A DNA stretch of 55,297 bases from positions 109,586 through 164,882 of the IMG/VR virus record IMGVR_UViG_3300037424_001778; one strand, written 5' to 3'. Below the pieces are notes generated by a model. It was not told where the DNA came from. It ran no database searches and saw nothing but the letters and a program-made list of their open reading frames with translations. The translations under genes and the position numbers were made by a program. This document shows positions 19,574-29,199 of the stretch, piece after piece; the first letter of the stretch is position 1, and each line of letters starts with the position of its first letter. The DNA comes from a virus.

Positions 19574-22500
19574 TCTCTGGGATTTTCGCCTCTGAGGCGT
19601 TGGACAGCTCTGGCGAGACATTGCGCGTAAAAGGCGCCGATATCTCTAGCCTGAACGATGGTACTGGGTATTGTAACTACGAGCACAATAGTTCTGACAA
19701 AAACGGCACCGAACTCGTCGGTCGAGTCTTGAGCGCCAAGAAGATTTACTCCTCGGACGACTGTTCCAATGCAGTTGAAAAGCATTTTTGGGAAGATGTC
19801 CGCCTGCCCTTCATCTTCGGGACCGTTCGGTTGTTCACGGAAGGCGACCACGACGGGGCGCTAGCCCTAGCTGCAATCATTCGGGATTGCGTACTCCACG
19901 GAGAGACAATGTTCCTTGGGTTCTCCATTGAAGGGAGCACCCTGAAAAAAGATGGCAACGAATTACTTCGTACGGTATGTCGTGGCGTCGCCTTGACACA
20001 AAAAAGTTGTAATAAAACAGCGAAATTACTGATGATTTCTGACCCAACAGGCAAAGCCAAGAGCGAATTCGGTGGGCCAGACATCGCTTCTTTGGTTGAC
20101 AACAAGAAGTCTGAAGGCTCCATCGACCCCATGCACCGGCGCCTTGGTGGTCACGAGGCATCGTACGGCGCCGAAATTCTCAAAGCCATGACGGCCGGCA
20201 ATATGAACGCGGCTCCAAGCACGCTGACGGGCGGCGCGGCTCTTCAGCGCACAGACCTCCACCAAAAAGCAATGGGTGCCTACAAGGACTGGAACGCCTC
20301 CAAGCCCAAGAAGACCAAGCCAGAAGAAATCGAAGTAGTCAAGTCAGAATTCAAATCCTTCCTCAAGAATCAGCTCCCAGAGGTCAGCGACGAATTCCTA
20401 GACCATTTTTCAGACCTAGTGTCTCGCCACAGCTTCCGAGTAGCCAAGGCAGAGCAAGTCATCGCCACGCTAGCCAAGGCTGGGAAGAAGCCAGCGAAGC
20501 CCAAGGCTGCCCCCGCCGAAGCCGCTCCAGACTTGACGATTCAGGGCAAGCCAGTACCCCGCCCCCCAGAAGGCACCAGGTCTGTCTCGTTTGACCCACA
20601 AAAGGGAACCCTCACGACACGTCAGGGAGTGTTCCAAGCATCGACGCCCAGCGCTCCGCACCCGCACCTTCTAGAGCACACAGGCAAAGCACCCCAAGAA
20701 ATCGCCCAGCACTTCGGCGCCGAAATGGCCGCGCAGCGCGTACACCACCAACGCGCCATGAAAAACTGGTTCAACGTCAATGACCAATTCACCAAAGGCA
20801 CCTTGAGTCCTGGCGTAGTAGCGCATGCGGTAGCGTTTGGGCTTATGTCCCCCGGAACGCCCGTGCCGCAGCAGGAGCATCTTTTCGGCCACTTCGTAGA
20901 CGCACTCCATAGCCAAGGAGTTCAGGTGCCTGGCTTGGATACCTGGAATGCCACTTACAAAGACTTGATGGCTCGCAATAGAACTGGTCTGCCCCAGCAT
21001 AGCCAAGAACACTTCAAGAACCTAGAGTCGGAACTAAAAAACAAAGCTGGCCAGTTCATCGGCTTCAACAAGCCAGACAAATTCTCAGAGTACTTTGGAG
21101 GCTACCTCGCAGACCACCACAACCAAGTCATACAGGCCATCAAAGACGCCAAAGGCGACGCTAGTGTCGTAGCCAGACGTCTGACTGAAGTCAGAGGTAT
21201 GGGTCCGAAGCTGGCGCGCTATATCACATCTATGATGGGTGGCGGGTCATTGACAGTACCAGACACCCACTTTATCCGACACTACTTTGGTGGACGCCCA
21301 GATGCACCTGGACAGCGCCCGGGAACAAGTCCAGACTCAGCAGCCATCGAGCACCTCAAAAATTCTATTCTGTCCAGCGCTGGCAGCCACGATGTTTTGG
21401 AAGGCGTCGACAAGCACTACTTCGAAAACCACGATGCGGTTAAGTCCGTCCTCAACGACCCAACCATCGGTCCCTACTTCAAGGGACGCGAGCGTCAGGC
21501 TATCTTCCCAGCGTTTTGGCATCACTGGATTTCAATCCCAGGTCACGAAGCCCGCATCGGCACGCCAAACAAGTACGCGTCTAACGAGGGCATGGACCAC
21601 GCCCCGTTCTGGGACGCAGTCAGACCTCTTCTGAACAAATCCGAAGACGCAGAGTACGACCCAGACATGCCATTCCGCACGGCCATGCAGCATCATCGCT
21701 GGGTGGAGAACTACGGCCCAGTCCACGCTCTCGGATTGTACTACCGCTACCTCGTGCCCCAACTCCAAGAGAACGACGCCAAGCGAGACACGTTCGTCAT
21801 GCGCAAGTTCGACGAACTCCAGGTCGAGATGTTTGCGGCGCTGCGAAAAGCGAAAGAGACGCAGACGGAAGCTCCCGAATATGTATATCACATCACTCAC
21901 CACAATAGGCTCACTGGTATAGCTTCCCGAGGACTCGTCCCCAACTCGCCCAGAAGCATCGGGGCCCCCGGCTACGACTTCCACGCCAAAGGACGCACTT
22001 TTCTTACCTCTCCCGAGGGGGTAAATTTTTGGCACGAGCGCAGCGAGGCTTTTGCCGAACACAACCATGACCACCCGGCTGACGACGGAGCCGTTCCTGT
22101 CGTCCTGCGAACACCCAAGCCGGCAGACCTCAAGGCCGACGAGTTAGGCACAAAAGACGCTTACGCTCCTGCGTATGTTACCTCTACCTCAATCCATCCT
22201 AAAAACCTAGAGGTGTTCAACGGCAAGACATGGACCCCAATAGCGCACCATCGCACTATCGAACCGAGAGATGCTTTTGATTTTGAGCAGGATCCAGAAG
22301 GAGGGTCGGAACTCCAGTACTTTAAGCCCACGAGCCCCTTCCTTCCCAGCCTAGAAAAGGCCGAACTCCGCAAGGCACAAGACAAAATTACGTCCACAGG
22401 CAAGAAGCTCAAGCCTCCACCTATCCAAGATACAGACGTAGTGGATTGGCAAGGAGGTAAGGTCCGTGCAGGCAAGGGTATATTGAACGACCACCAACAT

Positions 22501-23454
22501 ATGTATCTATTGGGTGGAGACGCCAAGTATTTCATGGGAGTTCCCAAAGAAAAATTCCCCCACTTCACGCCAGAAGATGTAGTCAAAATGCCTCGTGGCA
22601 ATACAAACTTGATGGTTCACGTCGCTCCGGAACGACTGGACGCACCTTCCACCATCACAGCCAAGGAGCACGGGGTGGGTGAATACCTCCAACATCCAGA
22701 AAGCCAAGCCCTGGCTGAGGGTTTCGATTTCGAAGCCAACACCTCGAGCGCCACCAAGGGTTCACGCAAAGGGTTCTCCTTTTGGGGCCAGCACCCCAAT
22801 GGCCAGAAGGTCTACGTAAAGGGTGAGCCAGGTTGGGTACGACATCCTTGGAATTTACCCGAAGCCAGACAAGAGGGTGTGTATTCCAATCTGGCTCGCA
22901 GCTTCTTTGGCATGGGCCAATATGTACCTCCAGTAGCTGTAGTCAGGCACCCCAAAACAGGCATCGAACACGCAATCGTCGCTCACGCTCCAGGGGAGGA
23001 ACGCAGCTACGCCAATCCAGAGCACCAAAAAGTCATGAAATCGTTGGGCGACTCGGGAGAGCTGGACAAGGCTGCGTTTATGAACCTGGTGATGGGGAAT
23101 ACAGACCGCAACCCAGAAAACTACCTGGTAGACACTAAAGCCAATACAATGCATCTCATAGACCACAACCTGATTTTGAGGGAAGACCCCCAACTCGGAC
23201 CTGCATATATGGGATACGGGGCCGTAGACAAGAAAGCCCCAGTCCACCCAGAAGCCATCAAGTGGGCCCAGCAACTCAACCCAGACGAGCTAGAAGCCCA
23301 ACTGCGACGCCACGAAATTCCCGAACCCTCGATTCACGGTGCTACCGAAAGGCTTCGCTCCTTGCAAAAATTGTTGACCAAGAATCCTACCGTCGCTCGG
23401 TCCCTAGCCCTCACCTTACCTCAGCAGTCCGAAAACGAACGCCATCGTTGGTAA
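19567..23454 (+). CDS. Prohead protease fused to HhH-GPD glycosylase-like, ART/Tpt1-like and PI3/4K-HipA-like kinase domains
   Basis: Protease: SEALDSSGE..NYEH..GFSIEG. HhH: LTEVRGMGPKLA..PDTHFIRH. ART-like: YHITH..IASRGLVP. Kinase: VYVK..E..NTDRNPENYL..LIDH. Confidence 0.75.
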   Translation: MLISGIFASEALDSSGETLRVKGADISSLNDGTGYCNYEHNSSDKNGTELVGRVLSAKKIYSSDDCSNAVEKHFWEDVRLPFIFGTVRLFTEGDHDGALALAAIIRDCVLHGETMFLGFSIEGSTLKKDGNELLRTVCRGVALTQKSCNKTAKLLMISDPTGKAKSEFGGPDIASLVDNKKSEGSIDPMHRRLGGHEASYGAEILKAMTAGNMNAAPSTLTGGAALQRTDLHQKAMGAYKDWNASKPKKTKPEEIEVVKSEFKSFLKNQLPEVSDEFLDHFSDLVSRHSFRVAKAEQVIATLAKAGKKPAKPKAAPAEAAPDLTIQGKPVPRPPEGTRSVSFDPQKGTLTTRQGVFQASTPSAPHPHLLEHTGKAPQEIAQHFGAEMAAQRVHHQRAMKNWFNVNDQFTKGTLSPGVVAHAVAFGLMSPGTPVPQQEHLFGHFVDALHSQGVQVPGLDTWNATYKDLMARNRTGLPQHSQEHFKNLESELKNKAGQFIGFNKPDKFSEYFGGYLADHHNQVIQAIKDAKGDASVVARRLTEVRGMGPKLARYITSMMGGGSLTVPDTHFIRHYFGGRPDAPGQRPGTSPDSAAIEHLKNSILSSAGSHDVLEGVDKHYFENHDAVKSVLNDPTIGPYFKGRERQAIFPAFWHHWISIPGHEARIGTPNKYASNEGMDHAPFWDAVRPLLNKSEDAEYDPDMPFRTAMQHHRWVENYGPVHALGLYYRYLVPQLQENDAKRDTFVMRKFDELQVEMFAALRKAKETQTEAPEYVYHITHHNRLTGIASRGLVPNSPRSIGAPGYDFHAKGRTFLTSPEGVNFWHERSEAFAEHNHDHPADDGAVPVVLRTPKPADLKADELGTKDAYAPAYVTSTSIHPKNLEVFNGKTWTPIAHHRTIEPRDAFDFEQDPEGGSELQYFKPTSPFLPSLEKAELRKAQDKITSTGKKLKPPPIQDTDVVDWQGGKVRAGKGILNDHQHMYLLGGDAKYFMGVPKEKFPHFTPEDVVKMPRGNTNLMVHVAPERLDAPSTITAKEHGVGEYLQHPESQALAEGFDFEANTSSATKGSRKGFSFWGQHPNGQKVYVKGEPGWVRHPWNLPEARQEGVYSNLARSFFGMGQYVPPVAVVRHPKTGIEHAIVAHAPGEERSYANPEHQKVMKSLGDSGELDKAAFMNLVMGNTDRNPENYLVDTKANTMHLIDHNLILREDPQLGPAYMGYGAVDKKAPVHPEAIKWAQQLNPDELEAQLRRHEIPEPSIHGATERLRSLQKLLTKNPTVARSLALTLPQQSENERHRW

Positions 23455-23515
23455 TAAAGTGGACTTTACTAAGGGCTTGTGGTAATAAAGAACTAGGCAT
23501 CATACTTTACTAAGG
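23449..23515. promoter_or_regulatory. Interleaved direct/inverted repeats upstream of the GGDEF gene
   Basis: TGGTAATAAAG at 23449 and 23480; ACTTTACTAAGG at 23463 and 23504. Confidence 0.5.
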
Positions 23516-23522
23516 CGTACTT

Positions 23523-24683
23523 ATGGATTACAACGACAAACTACATTACGTCTTCGGTGTCCATCCTCGAGACGGCCAACCGGACCCCCAGCACTCATTG
23601 CTGGGCAAATTCTGGCTCGATGGCAGCAATTTCAAGGTACTAGAAGACCACGGTCTTGTCCCTGGGCAGGACCTTGAAGACCTCCCTCCCGAGCAAGCAG
23701 CCAGAGCCATTCGACGCATGGCATCCTCTCAGCGACGCAAGGTCGTGTCGGCCAAGCAACTAGTCGAAGGCGAGCATCCAGAACTCCTCCCTTCTTCCAA
23801 TCGGAACAGGGAGCTACCGGGCAATCTGGCCGAAGCGATGCAAGACCAAATCGCCGCCCAACCCAAAGGCCCTAGGGTGTCGACCTTCGAATACCACCGA
23901 GAAGGAATGCCACAGCCCCAAATCCTGAAGCTAGCCGGCCAAAAGGCCTTTTTGGACGACCAACCCCTGAAGCCCGAAGAAGTCGCAAAGGTGATGGAAC
24001 ACTTGGGCAGCGGCAAAGCTAAGCTGCGGCATTCTTTGGCGAAGAGTGAATTCGAACCTGACTTCGAGCCATTGGCCAAGAAAATCGAAGAAGGGCTGTC
24101 TGGGGCCCTCGGGCACATGCGGGACGCTGTCAAGGCGGGCCATGTCCATCCCGACGCTTTGAAGACCCTAACGAGGCATCTGTTCAGTGACAGTATGATT
24201 CCTGTAATGGGTAACAAAGCGGCCTATAAGGATTTCCTTAGTAGGCCTAGGGAAGGCGTACACGTACATCTGGACGGGAACGACTTCGGCTCGATAAATA
24301 AAATGCACGACCACGAGACTGGCGACAAGGCAATAATTGCCATGGGCAAAGGTATCAGGTCTGCTATGGATGAATCTGTCGGTCGTGCTCACGGAAAGCT
24401 CTTCCGTGTAGGTGGAGATGAGTTCGTGGCTCACGTTCCCTCACACGAACACGCCGCCAGGTTCGCTCGCGCTGTGCGGGCGAAGCTCGATGCTATTCCA
24501 GCCGTAAAAGGGACCCACCGCTTGAGTATGTCTATGGGCTGGGGCCCCACCTCCGAGCACGCTGAAGCGGGCCTGCAAGACGCCAAAGCAGCAAAGAAAG
24601 CCGCTCAGTACCCACTAGGCCAAGCTAAGACCCACGCAGCTTCTAGGATGCCTGGTCAAGAGGGTGTTATTCCGGTGGAGTGA
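23523..24683 (+). CDS. GGDEF (diguanylate cyclase-like) domain protein
   Basis: HLDGNDFGSINKMHDHETGDKAI...LFRVGGDEF..LSMSMG. Confidence 0.8.
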   Translation: MDYNDKLHYVFGVHPRDGQPDPQHSLLGKFWLDGSNFKVLEDHGLVPGQDLEDLPPEQAARAIRRMASSQRRKVVSAKQLVEGEHPELLPSSNRNRELPGNLAEAMQDQIAAQPKGPRVSTFEYHREGMPQPQILKLAGQKAFLDDQPLKPEEVAKVMEHLGSGKAKLRHSLAKSEFEPDFEPLAKKIEEGLSGALGHMRDAVKAGHVHPDALKTLTRHLFSDSMIPVMGNKAAYKDFLSRPREGVHVHLDGNDFGSINKMHDHETGDKAIIAMGKGIRSAMDESVGRAHGKLFRVGGDEFVAHVPSHEHAARFARAVRAKLDAIPAVKGTHRLSMSMGWGPTSEHAEAGLQDAKAAKKAAQYPLGQAKTHAASRMPGQEGVIPVE

Positions 24684-24882
24684 CCTTGCGGCAGCTCTTG
24701 CACCGGCTCTGGTGTGAGTCGAACTCCAAATCCTTGAGTAGAACCTGATGGCACCCTGGGCACTGTTTGTAACCCTCGGTGCCATTGCATTTACGACACT
24801 TGTTGTTGGAATCTAGGACGCCCCGGCGCGAGCACTGCGGGCATGTCTTCTTGTGTCTGCGCATACGCCTATAATAGCACAC
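24667..24882 (-). CDS. Small zinc-finger protein (start uncertain)
   Basis: Four CxxC pairs. Confidence 0.5.
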   Translation of the reverse strand: MCYYRRMRRHKKTCPQCSRRGVLDSNNKCRKCNGTEGYKQCPGCHQVLLKDLEFDSHQSRCKSCRKVTPPE

Positions 24883-25123
24883 GTCCGAAAACAGTCATCC
24901 GGAGGCCGATCTCCCCAACGCCCCGAATTGCCAGTTTCGCCAATGACATCAAATGGTTGAGGCGATCTCCTGCGCGAGCACTGCGGGCATGTCTTCTTGT
25001 GTCTGCGCATACGCCTATAATAGCACACGTCCGAAAACAGTCATCCGGAGGCCGATCTCCCCAACGCCCCGAATTGCCAGTTTCGCCAATGACATCAAAT
25101 GGTTGAGGCGATCTCCTGCGCGA
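24826..25123. repeat. Perfect 146-bp tandem duplication bounded by GCGCGA microhomology
   Basis: Copies start at 24826 and 24972; GCGCGA recurs at 25118. Confidence 0.95.
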
Positions 25124-25205
25124 TGCCCTCCCAGCTCTGTGTATGCACATAATCTCATTTTTGTCACCAACTTCTGTCGTATCCACCGCAACAAGGAGAT
25201 AACAC

Positions 25206-25652
25206 ATGTCAGCCAAAGCTATCGCACAGTGCAATGAGATCCGAACCGACCTAGCTCGTCGATTCACCACCGTTGGCCCCACCCAATTCGACGTCAATGG
25301 CCAGCCATACTTCGTAATCGGTGCCGCCACCGCAGGCAGCCAGTCAGCCATCGTCAAGGTGCAGGACTTCAGCATCCCCGGCGCCACCAACGCAATCAAC
25401 CTCGCCCAGGCAGTTTACGGCAATCCCGCCATCGCCCAGGTTCTTCTCGAGACTTCAACCCTCGCTGGCGTCCCCCTTCTCACCGCAGTCAACCAGCTCG
25501 CTCTTCTCAACACGGTAGCTTTCCGTGGTCTTCGAGTCGAACTGTACATGACGGCGAACACCGTTCCCGTGACCATCGGCGCCATCGTTGCCGGCAACCT
25601 CGTTGCCACTTGGGACCCCGACCAGAAGTACAAGATGCTTCAGTCCATGTAA
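25206..25652 (+). CDS. Putative virion structural/decoration protein
   Basis: AAGGAGA RBS, TAATCT upstream, strongly C-ending codons, directly before scaffold and MCP. Confidence 0.6.
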   Translation: MSAKAIAQCNEIRTDLARRFTTVGPTQFDVNGQPYFVIGAATAGSQSAIVKVQDFSIPGATNAINLAQAVYGNPAIAQVLLETSTLAGVPLLTAVNQLALLNTVAFRGLRVELYMTANTVPVTIGAIVAGNLVATWDPDQKYKMLQSM

Positions 25653-25681
25653 GCCACAGAATATCCAAAGGAGATTCTATC

Positions 25682-26554
25682 ATGGCAAAAATCACCGACA
25701 AAGCAGTATTGGCAACCATCGCCGCGCTCGAAGCAGAGCTAAACGATGCAGCCATGCTTGCTAAGGCTGAGCCCGAAGGGCCCCCGGCCGAATCATCTGA
25801 CGACAGCGCTTCACCTTCGGCTGACGACGCTTCTCCGTCAAGCGCCCCAGCTCCTGCTGAAGACGCCAGTGCCCCAGCACCGGAAGCACCTAGTGCTCCT
25901 CCGGAAGCAGCCCCAGCCAGCCCCGAAGCGCCAGCAGGCGTCCAGGACCCGGCAGCTCAGGCTCAAGGTCCGCTAGACCCAGCAGCTCTTCAGGCAGAGT
26001 ATTCACAGCTCCCCCCTGACCAGCTAGACATGCACATCCAGGCAGCAATGGCAGCCAAAGAAGCCCTTGCAGGTGCAGCCAACGCAGGCGCAGCAAGCCC
26101 TGCAGCAGCCCCCCCGATGGCTCCTCCCGCCGCTTCTCCTGCACCTATGGCACCTCCGGTACCTCCGGTAGCCAAAGGCGAAATCAAGACAGGCAAAGAG
26201 CAAGGTGGAATGGTTAAGTCTGAAGCGGCTGCACTCCGTGAAGAACTAGCCGCACTCAAGAAGTCACTCACCGAGAAGGACGAAGACGTCCAACTGCTTA
26301 CCAAGGCAGTCAAGATGGTCATCGAGAAGCCCGAGCGCAAAGCAGTCACCAGCATGGCTCAGCTTCAATACCTAGGCAAGTCTGAAGTTCAAGCAGCCCC
26401 CAAGGCCGTTTTCACCAAGGCCGAAGCCGAAGCAAAACTCAGCGCAGTTCTTCCCAGTCTTACGAAGTCTGAACGAGACCTCGTAGTGCAGTACTCACTC
26501 GGGCGCGTCAAAATCGACGCTCTCTCGTCCATCCTCGAAAAAGCATCAAAGTAA
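25682..26554 (+). CDS. Capsid scaffolding protein
   Basis: A/P/E-rich with a coiled coil, precedes the MCP, many xxK|S/A motifs, AAGGAG RBS. Confidence 0.7.
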   Translation: MAKITDKAVLATIAALEAELNDAAMLAKAEPEGPPAESSDDSASPSADDASPSSAPAPAEDASAPAPEAPSAPPEAAPASPEAPAGVQDPAAQAQGPLDPAALQAEYSQLPPDQLDMHIQAAMAAKEALAGAANAGAASPAAAPPMAPPAASPAPMAPPVPPVAKGEIKTGKEQGGMVKSEAAALREELAALKKSLTEKDEDVQLLTKAVKMVIEKPERKAVTSMAQLQYLGKSEVQAAPKAVFTKAEAEAKLSAVLPSLTKSERDLVVQYSLGRVKIDALSSILEKASK

Positions 26555-26580
26555 TACAAACCTCTTAAGGAGATAATATC

Positions 26581-27972
26581 ATGGCATCAGAACAAGTTCT
26601 TGGACTCATGAAAGCGATGGAGGCCGGCAATCAGAATGCGGCTCCCTCAACCCTAGTACAGGGTGCAGCTCTACAAATCGAAAACCTCTCGAAGGTGATG
26701 GAAGTTGTCACCATCGACGAGAAGTCAATCAAGCTCCAGAAGGGAATGGAAGTCGAAAGCTGCAAGTCGACTCTCGCTCAATTCGACCGCTACCTCAGCT
26801 ATGGCATCCTTGGCGCTTCGGCGACCATCGAAGGCGCAGTTGGGCAAGAGGAAGACTCACTCGTTGCACGTATCGTTGTGCCGATGGCTTATTACAGCCA
26901 CATGCGCAAGGTTACCGACGCAGCGAACATGGTTACCACTGTTGACGGCGTAAAGGCCGAAGACCGTGCCGCTCGCGATGCAGCCATCAAGCTCGCTTGT
27001 GACATCGAATTCGACCTCTTCCGTGGTAAGTCTGACTTCAGCAACGTCGGCGTATTCGACGGCAACATGGCAGTCATCCCCTCGTTGCCCAACATCCTTG
27101 GCCTCGACAGCCAAATCCGTATGTCTGATGTTGAGCCCAATGCTCAGGACCAGATGTTCGCAGAGTACGGGACGAACGAGAGCGTAGTCGTCAACGTCGG
27201 TGGAACTCTTACCCAAGACTCCATCGAAGACGCCCACGTCAAGTCAGTCATTCACCACGGTGAGGCTGAAGAGCTTTACATCGACCCCCGCGTTGCCAGC
27301 GCCTACAACAAGATTGCTTTCGGTAAGGAGCGTATCATCGTTGCAGGTTCAGCTCAAGACGCAACCGGCGCCGACCTCAAGCGTCAGTGGGTTTCGGGTG
27401 GTACGGTTTCACTCCAGACCTCAATCTTCCTCTCCGGCAAGACTGGCCCAGCAAAGGCTCGCCCCAACGGCCCAGCAGCTCCTACCGGCGTAGCCGCAAA
27501 CGCAGGTGGAACGACTTCACTCGCTGCAGGTGTTTACACGTACTTCGTGACCAGCGTAAACGAGCTTGGTGAGTCGCCTATCTCGGCAGCCATCGTCAGC
27601 GCGGCCATCGCCCTCGGCGACCAAATCACGGTGACCATCACTCCTCCTGGCGCTGGCGTAGTTCGCTACTTCAACGTCTATCGAACCAACGCCAACGCCC
27701 CCGCGGGAAGCGCCAAGTTCGTGGGTCGTGTTGCCAATTCGGGCGGCGCTACCACGGTCTTCACAGACCTCGGTAACCGTCGACCTGGTTTCGTGACGGG
27801 ATTCCTCCTCCAGAAGGACTCGATGAAAATCTTCGAGCTTTCGGCATACAGCCGCAAGAAGATGGGTGTTGTAGACCTTACAACCACCGAGGCGCACTTC
27901 CGATTCCTCACCCTTGGTTGTACAAAGCCCAGGTTCAATACATTACTTGATAACCTAGTGGGTAGTTTCTAA
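26581..27972 (+). CDS. Major capsid protein (Herelleviridae-like, with an FN3-like insertion)
   Basis: MK|AMEAG..GAALQIENL N-terminus resembles A511/Twort Cps; IEFDLFRG; YTYFVTSVNELGES..YFNVYR..FTD insertion. Confidence 0.9.
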   Translation: MASEQVLGLMKAMEAGNQNAAPSTLVQGAALQIENLSKVMEVVTIDEKSIKLQKGMEVESCKSTLAQFDRYLSYGILGASATIEGAVGQEEDSLVARIVVPMAYYSHMRKVTDAANMVTTVDGVKAEDRAARDAAIKLACDIEFDLFRGKSDFSNVGVFDGNMAVIPSLPNILGLDSQIRMSDVEPNAQDQMFAEYGTNESVVVNVGGTLTQDSIEDAHVKSVIHHGEAEELYIDPRVASAYNKIAFGKERIIVAGSAQDATGADLKRQWVSGGTVSLQTSIFLSGKTGPAKARPNGPAAPTGVAANAGGTTSLAAGVYTYFVTSVNELGESPISAAIVSAAIALGDQITVTITPPGAGVVRYFNVYRTNANAPAGSAKFVGRVANSGGATTVFTDLGNRRPGFVTGFLLQKDSMKIFELSAYSRKKMGVVDLTTTEAHFRFLTLGCTKPRFNTLLDNLVGSF

Positions 27973-27992
27973 CCCACTCCGTAGTTTGATGT

Positions 27993-28029
27993 AGTAACAA
28001 GCCCCGGTACCCCCGGGGCTTGTTACTTT
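27993..28029 (+). terminator. Intrinsic terminator after the MCP gene
   Basis: agtaacaagccccgg-loop-ccggggcttgttact hairpin followed by Ts. Confidence 0.75.
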
Positions 28030-28101
28030 CAAAGAGTCGTGCTACTCTCTCGTTCTATCTAAGCTGCGGCTTCGGCTGAGAAATACGAGAACTGATATGT
28101 C

Positions 28102-29190
28102 ATGAGAACTGGCCGCCCCCCTACATATACGCCAGAAGACAAGCAAAAGGTCGCCGATTTACGCAGCCAAGGCCTTTCGGTTGTCGACGTAGCTGCCACG
28201 ATTGGTATTACAACCAAGATGGTTATCTACTTGACCCCTAAGTCCTTCTTGGAAAAGGAGCGTCAAGTCATTGAAGTCCGTAAAGAAAAGGTTTTCGCGC
28301 TGGCTCGTGAAGGCAAGTCCCAAACCGAAATTGGCCGTCTGACGGGCGAAAGGGTACCGACTATTTTACGCTGGCTCAAGAAGGTCGATATCGCGCCCTT
28401 TAAGGAAATGCGTATATTGTCGGACGGAGAAGCACACTCTATTTGTGTTGACTTTGAAGGCGGGCTCAGCTATACGCAACTGGCGCAAAAATACGACATT
28501 GGTACGACCTGCGTTAAGGAAGCTCTGTCGCGCCAAAAATGTAGGTTGCCTGATGGCGAAGTGGCTCAACGTTTGAGCAAAGGGGGAAAGAAGAGCTTCG
28601 CTGTAAGAACAGAGCGTGGCACGGCCAAGTTCGAGGTGAACACTCCAGACAGCATACAGAGAAGAGCCGCCACGCGCTCTACCCATCAAGCTGAAGCTCT
28701 TGGATTCGCTTCCTTGGAAAAGCGGTGCATCGCGCATGCGAATAAAAAAGGGGGTTCGGCCAAAGATATCCGTGGTTGGGACAACGATGGCGGTTGGTTG
28801 TGCGAGAAGGGGCATGAATGGTTCGCTACTCCCCATAACGTCCTGGTCAACGATACCTGGTGTCCCTACTGCGTCCATCACCATTCAAAAGCCGAACTCG
28901 CCATTTTGGCTGCAGTCAAAGAAAAGTATCCAGACGCTGACCATGGCGATGGACTTTTGCCTAGTAGCGGCTTAAAGCTTGACATCTACGTCCCCTCCCT
29001 TAGAAAAGCCATAGAATACGATGGAACGTGGTTTCATACCTCGGAAGAAGCGAAAGAGCGCGATGCTCGCAAAGATGCCGAATGCATCCAAGTAGGAATC
29101 AAGCTTCTTCGAATCCCCGAAGCCGAATATGAGTCCGACCCGCCAGCCACCATCCATAAAGCCCTTGACTTCCTTTCCGCCTCGAAGTAA
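28102..29190 (+). CDS. HTH plus zinc-ribbon plus Vsr/DUF559-like endonuclease
   Basis: HTH repeats, CEKGHEW..WCPYC, LDIYVPSLRKAIEYDGTWFH..RDARKD. Confidence 0.75.
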   Translation: MRTGRPPTYTPEDKQKVADLRSQGLSVVDVAATIGITTKMVIYLTPKSFLEKERQVIEVRKEKVFALAREGKSQTEIGRLTGERVPTILRWLKKVDIAPFKEMRILSDGEAHSICVDFEGGLSYTQLAQKYDIGTTCVKEALSRQKCRLPDGEVAQRLSKGGKKSFAVRTERGTAKFEVNTPDSIQRRAATRSTHQAEALGFASLEKRCIAHANKKGGSAKDIRGWDNDGGWLCEKGHEWFATPHNVLVNDTWCPYCVHHHSKAELAILAAVKEKYPDADHGDGLLPSSGLKLDIYVPSLRKAIEYDGTWFHTSEEAKERDARKDAECIQVGIKLLRIPEAEYESDPPATIHKALDFLSASK

Positions 29191-29199
29191 GGTTGAGTC

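Noticed and set aside
24826-25123. DGR template/variable repeat or att site
   Set aside because: The copies are identical with no adenine-specific differences, and there is no reverse transcriptase or integrase in the window.
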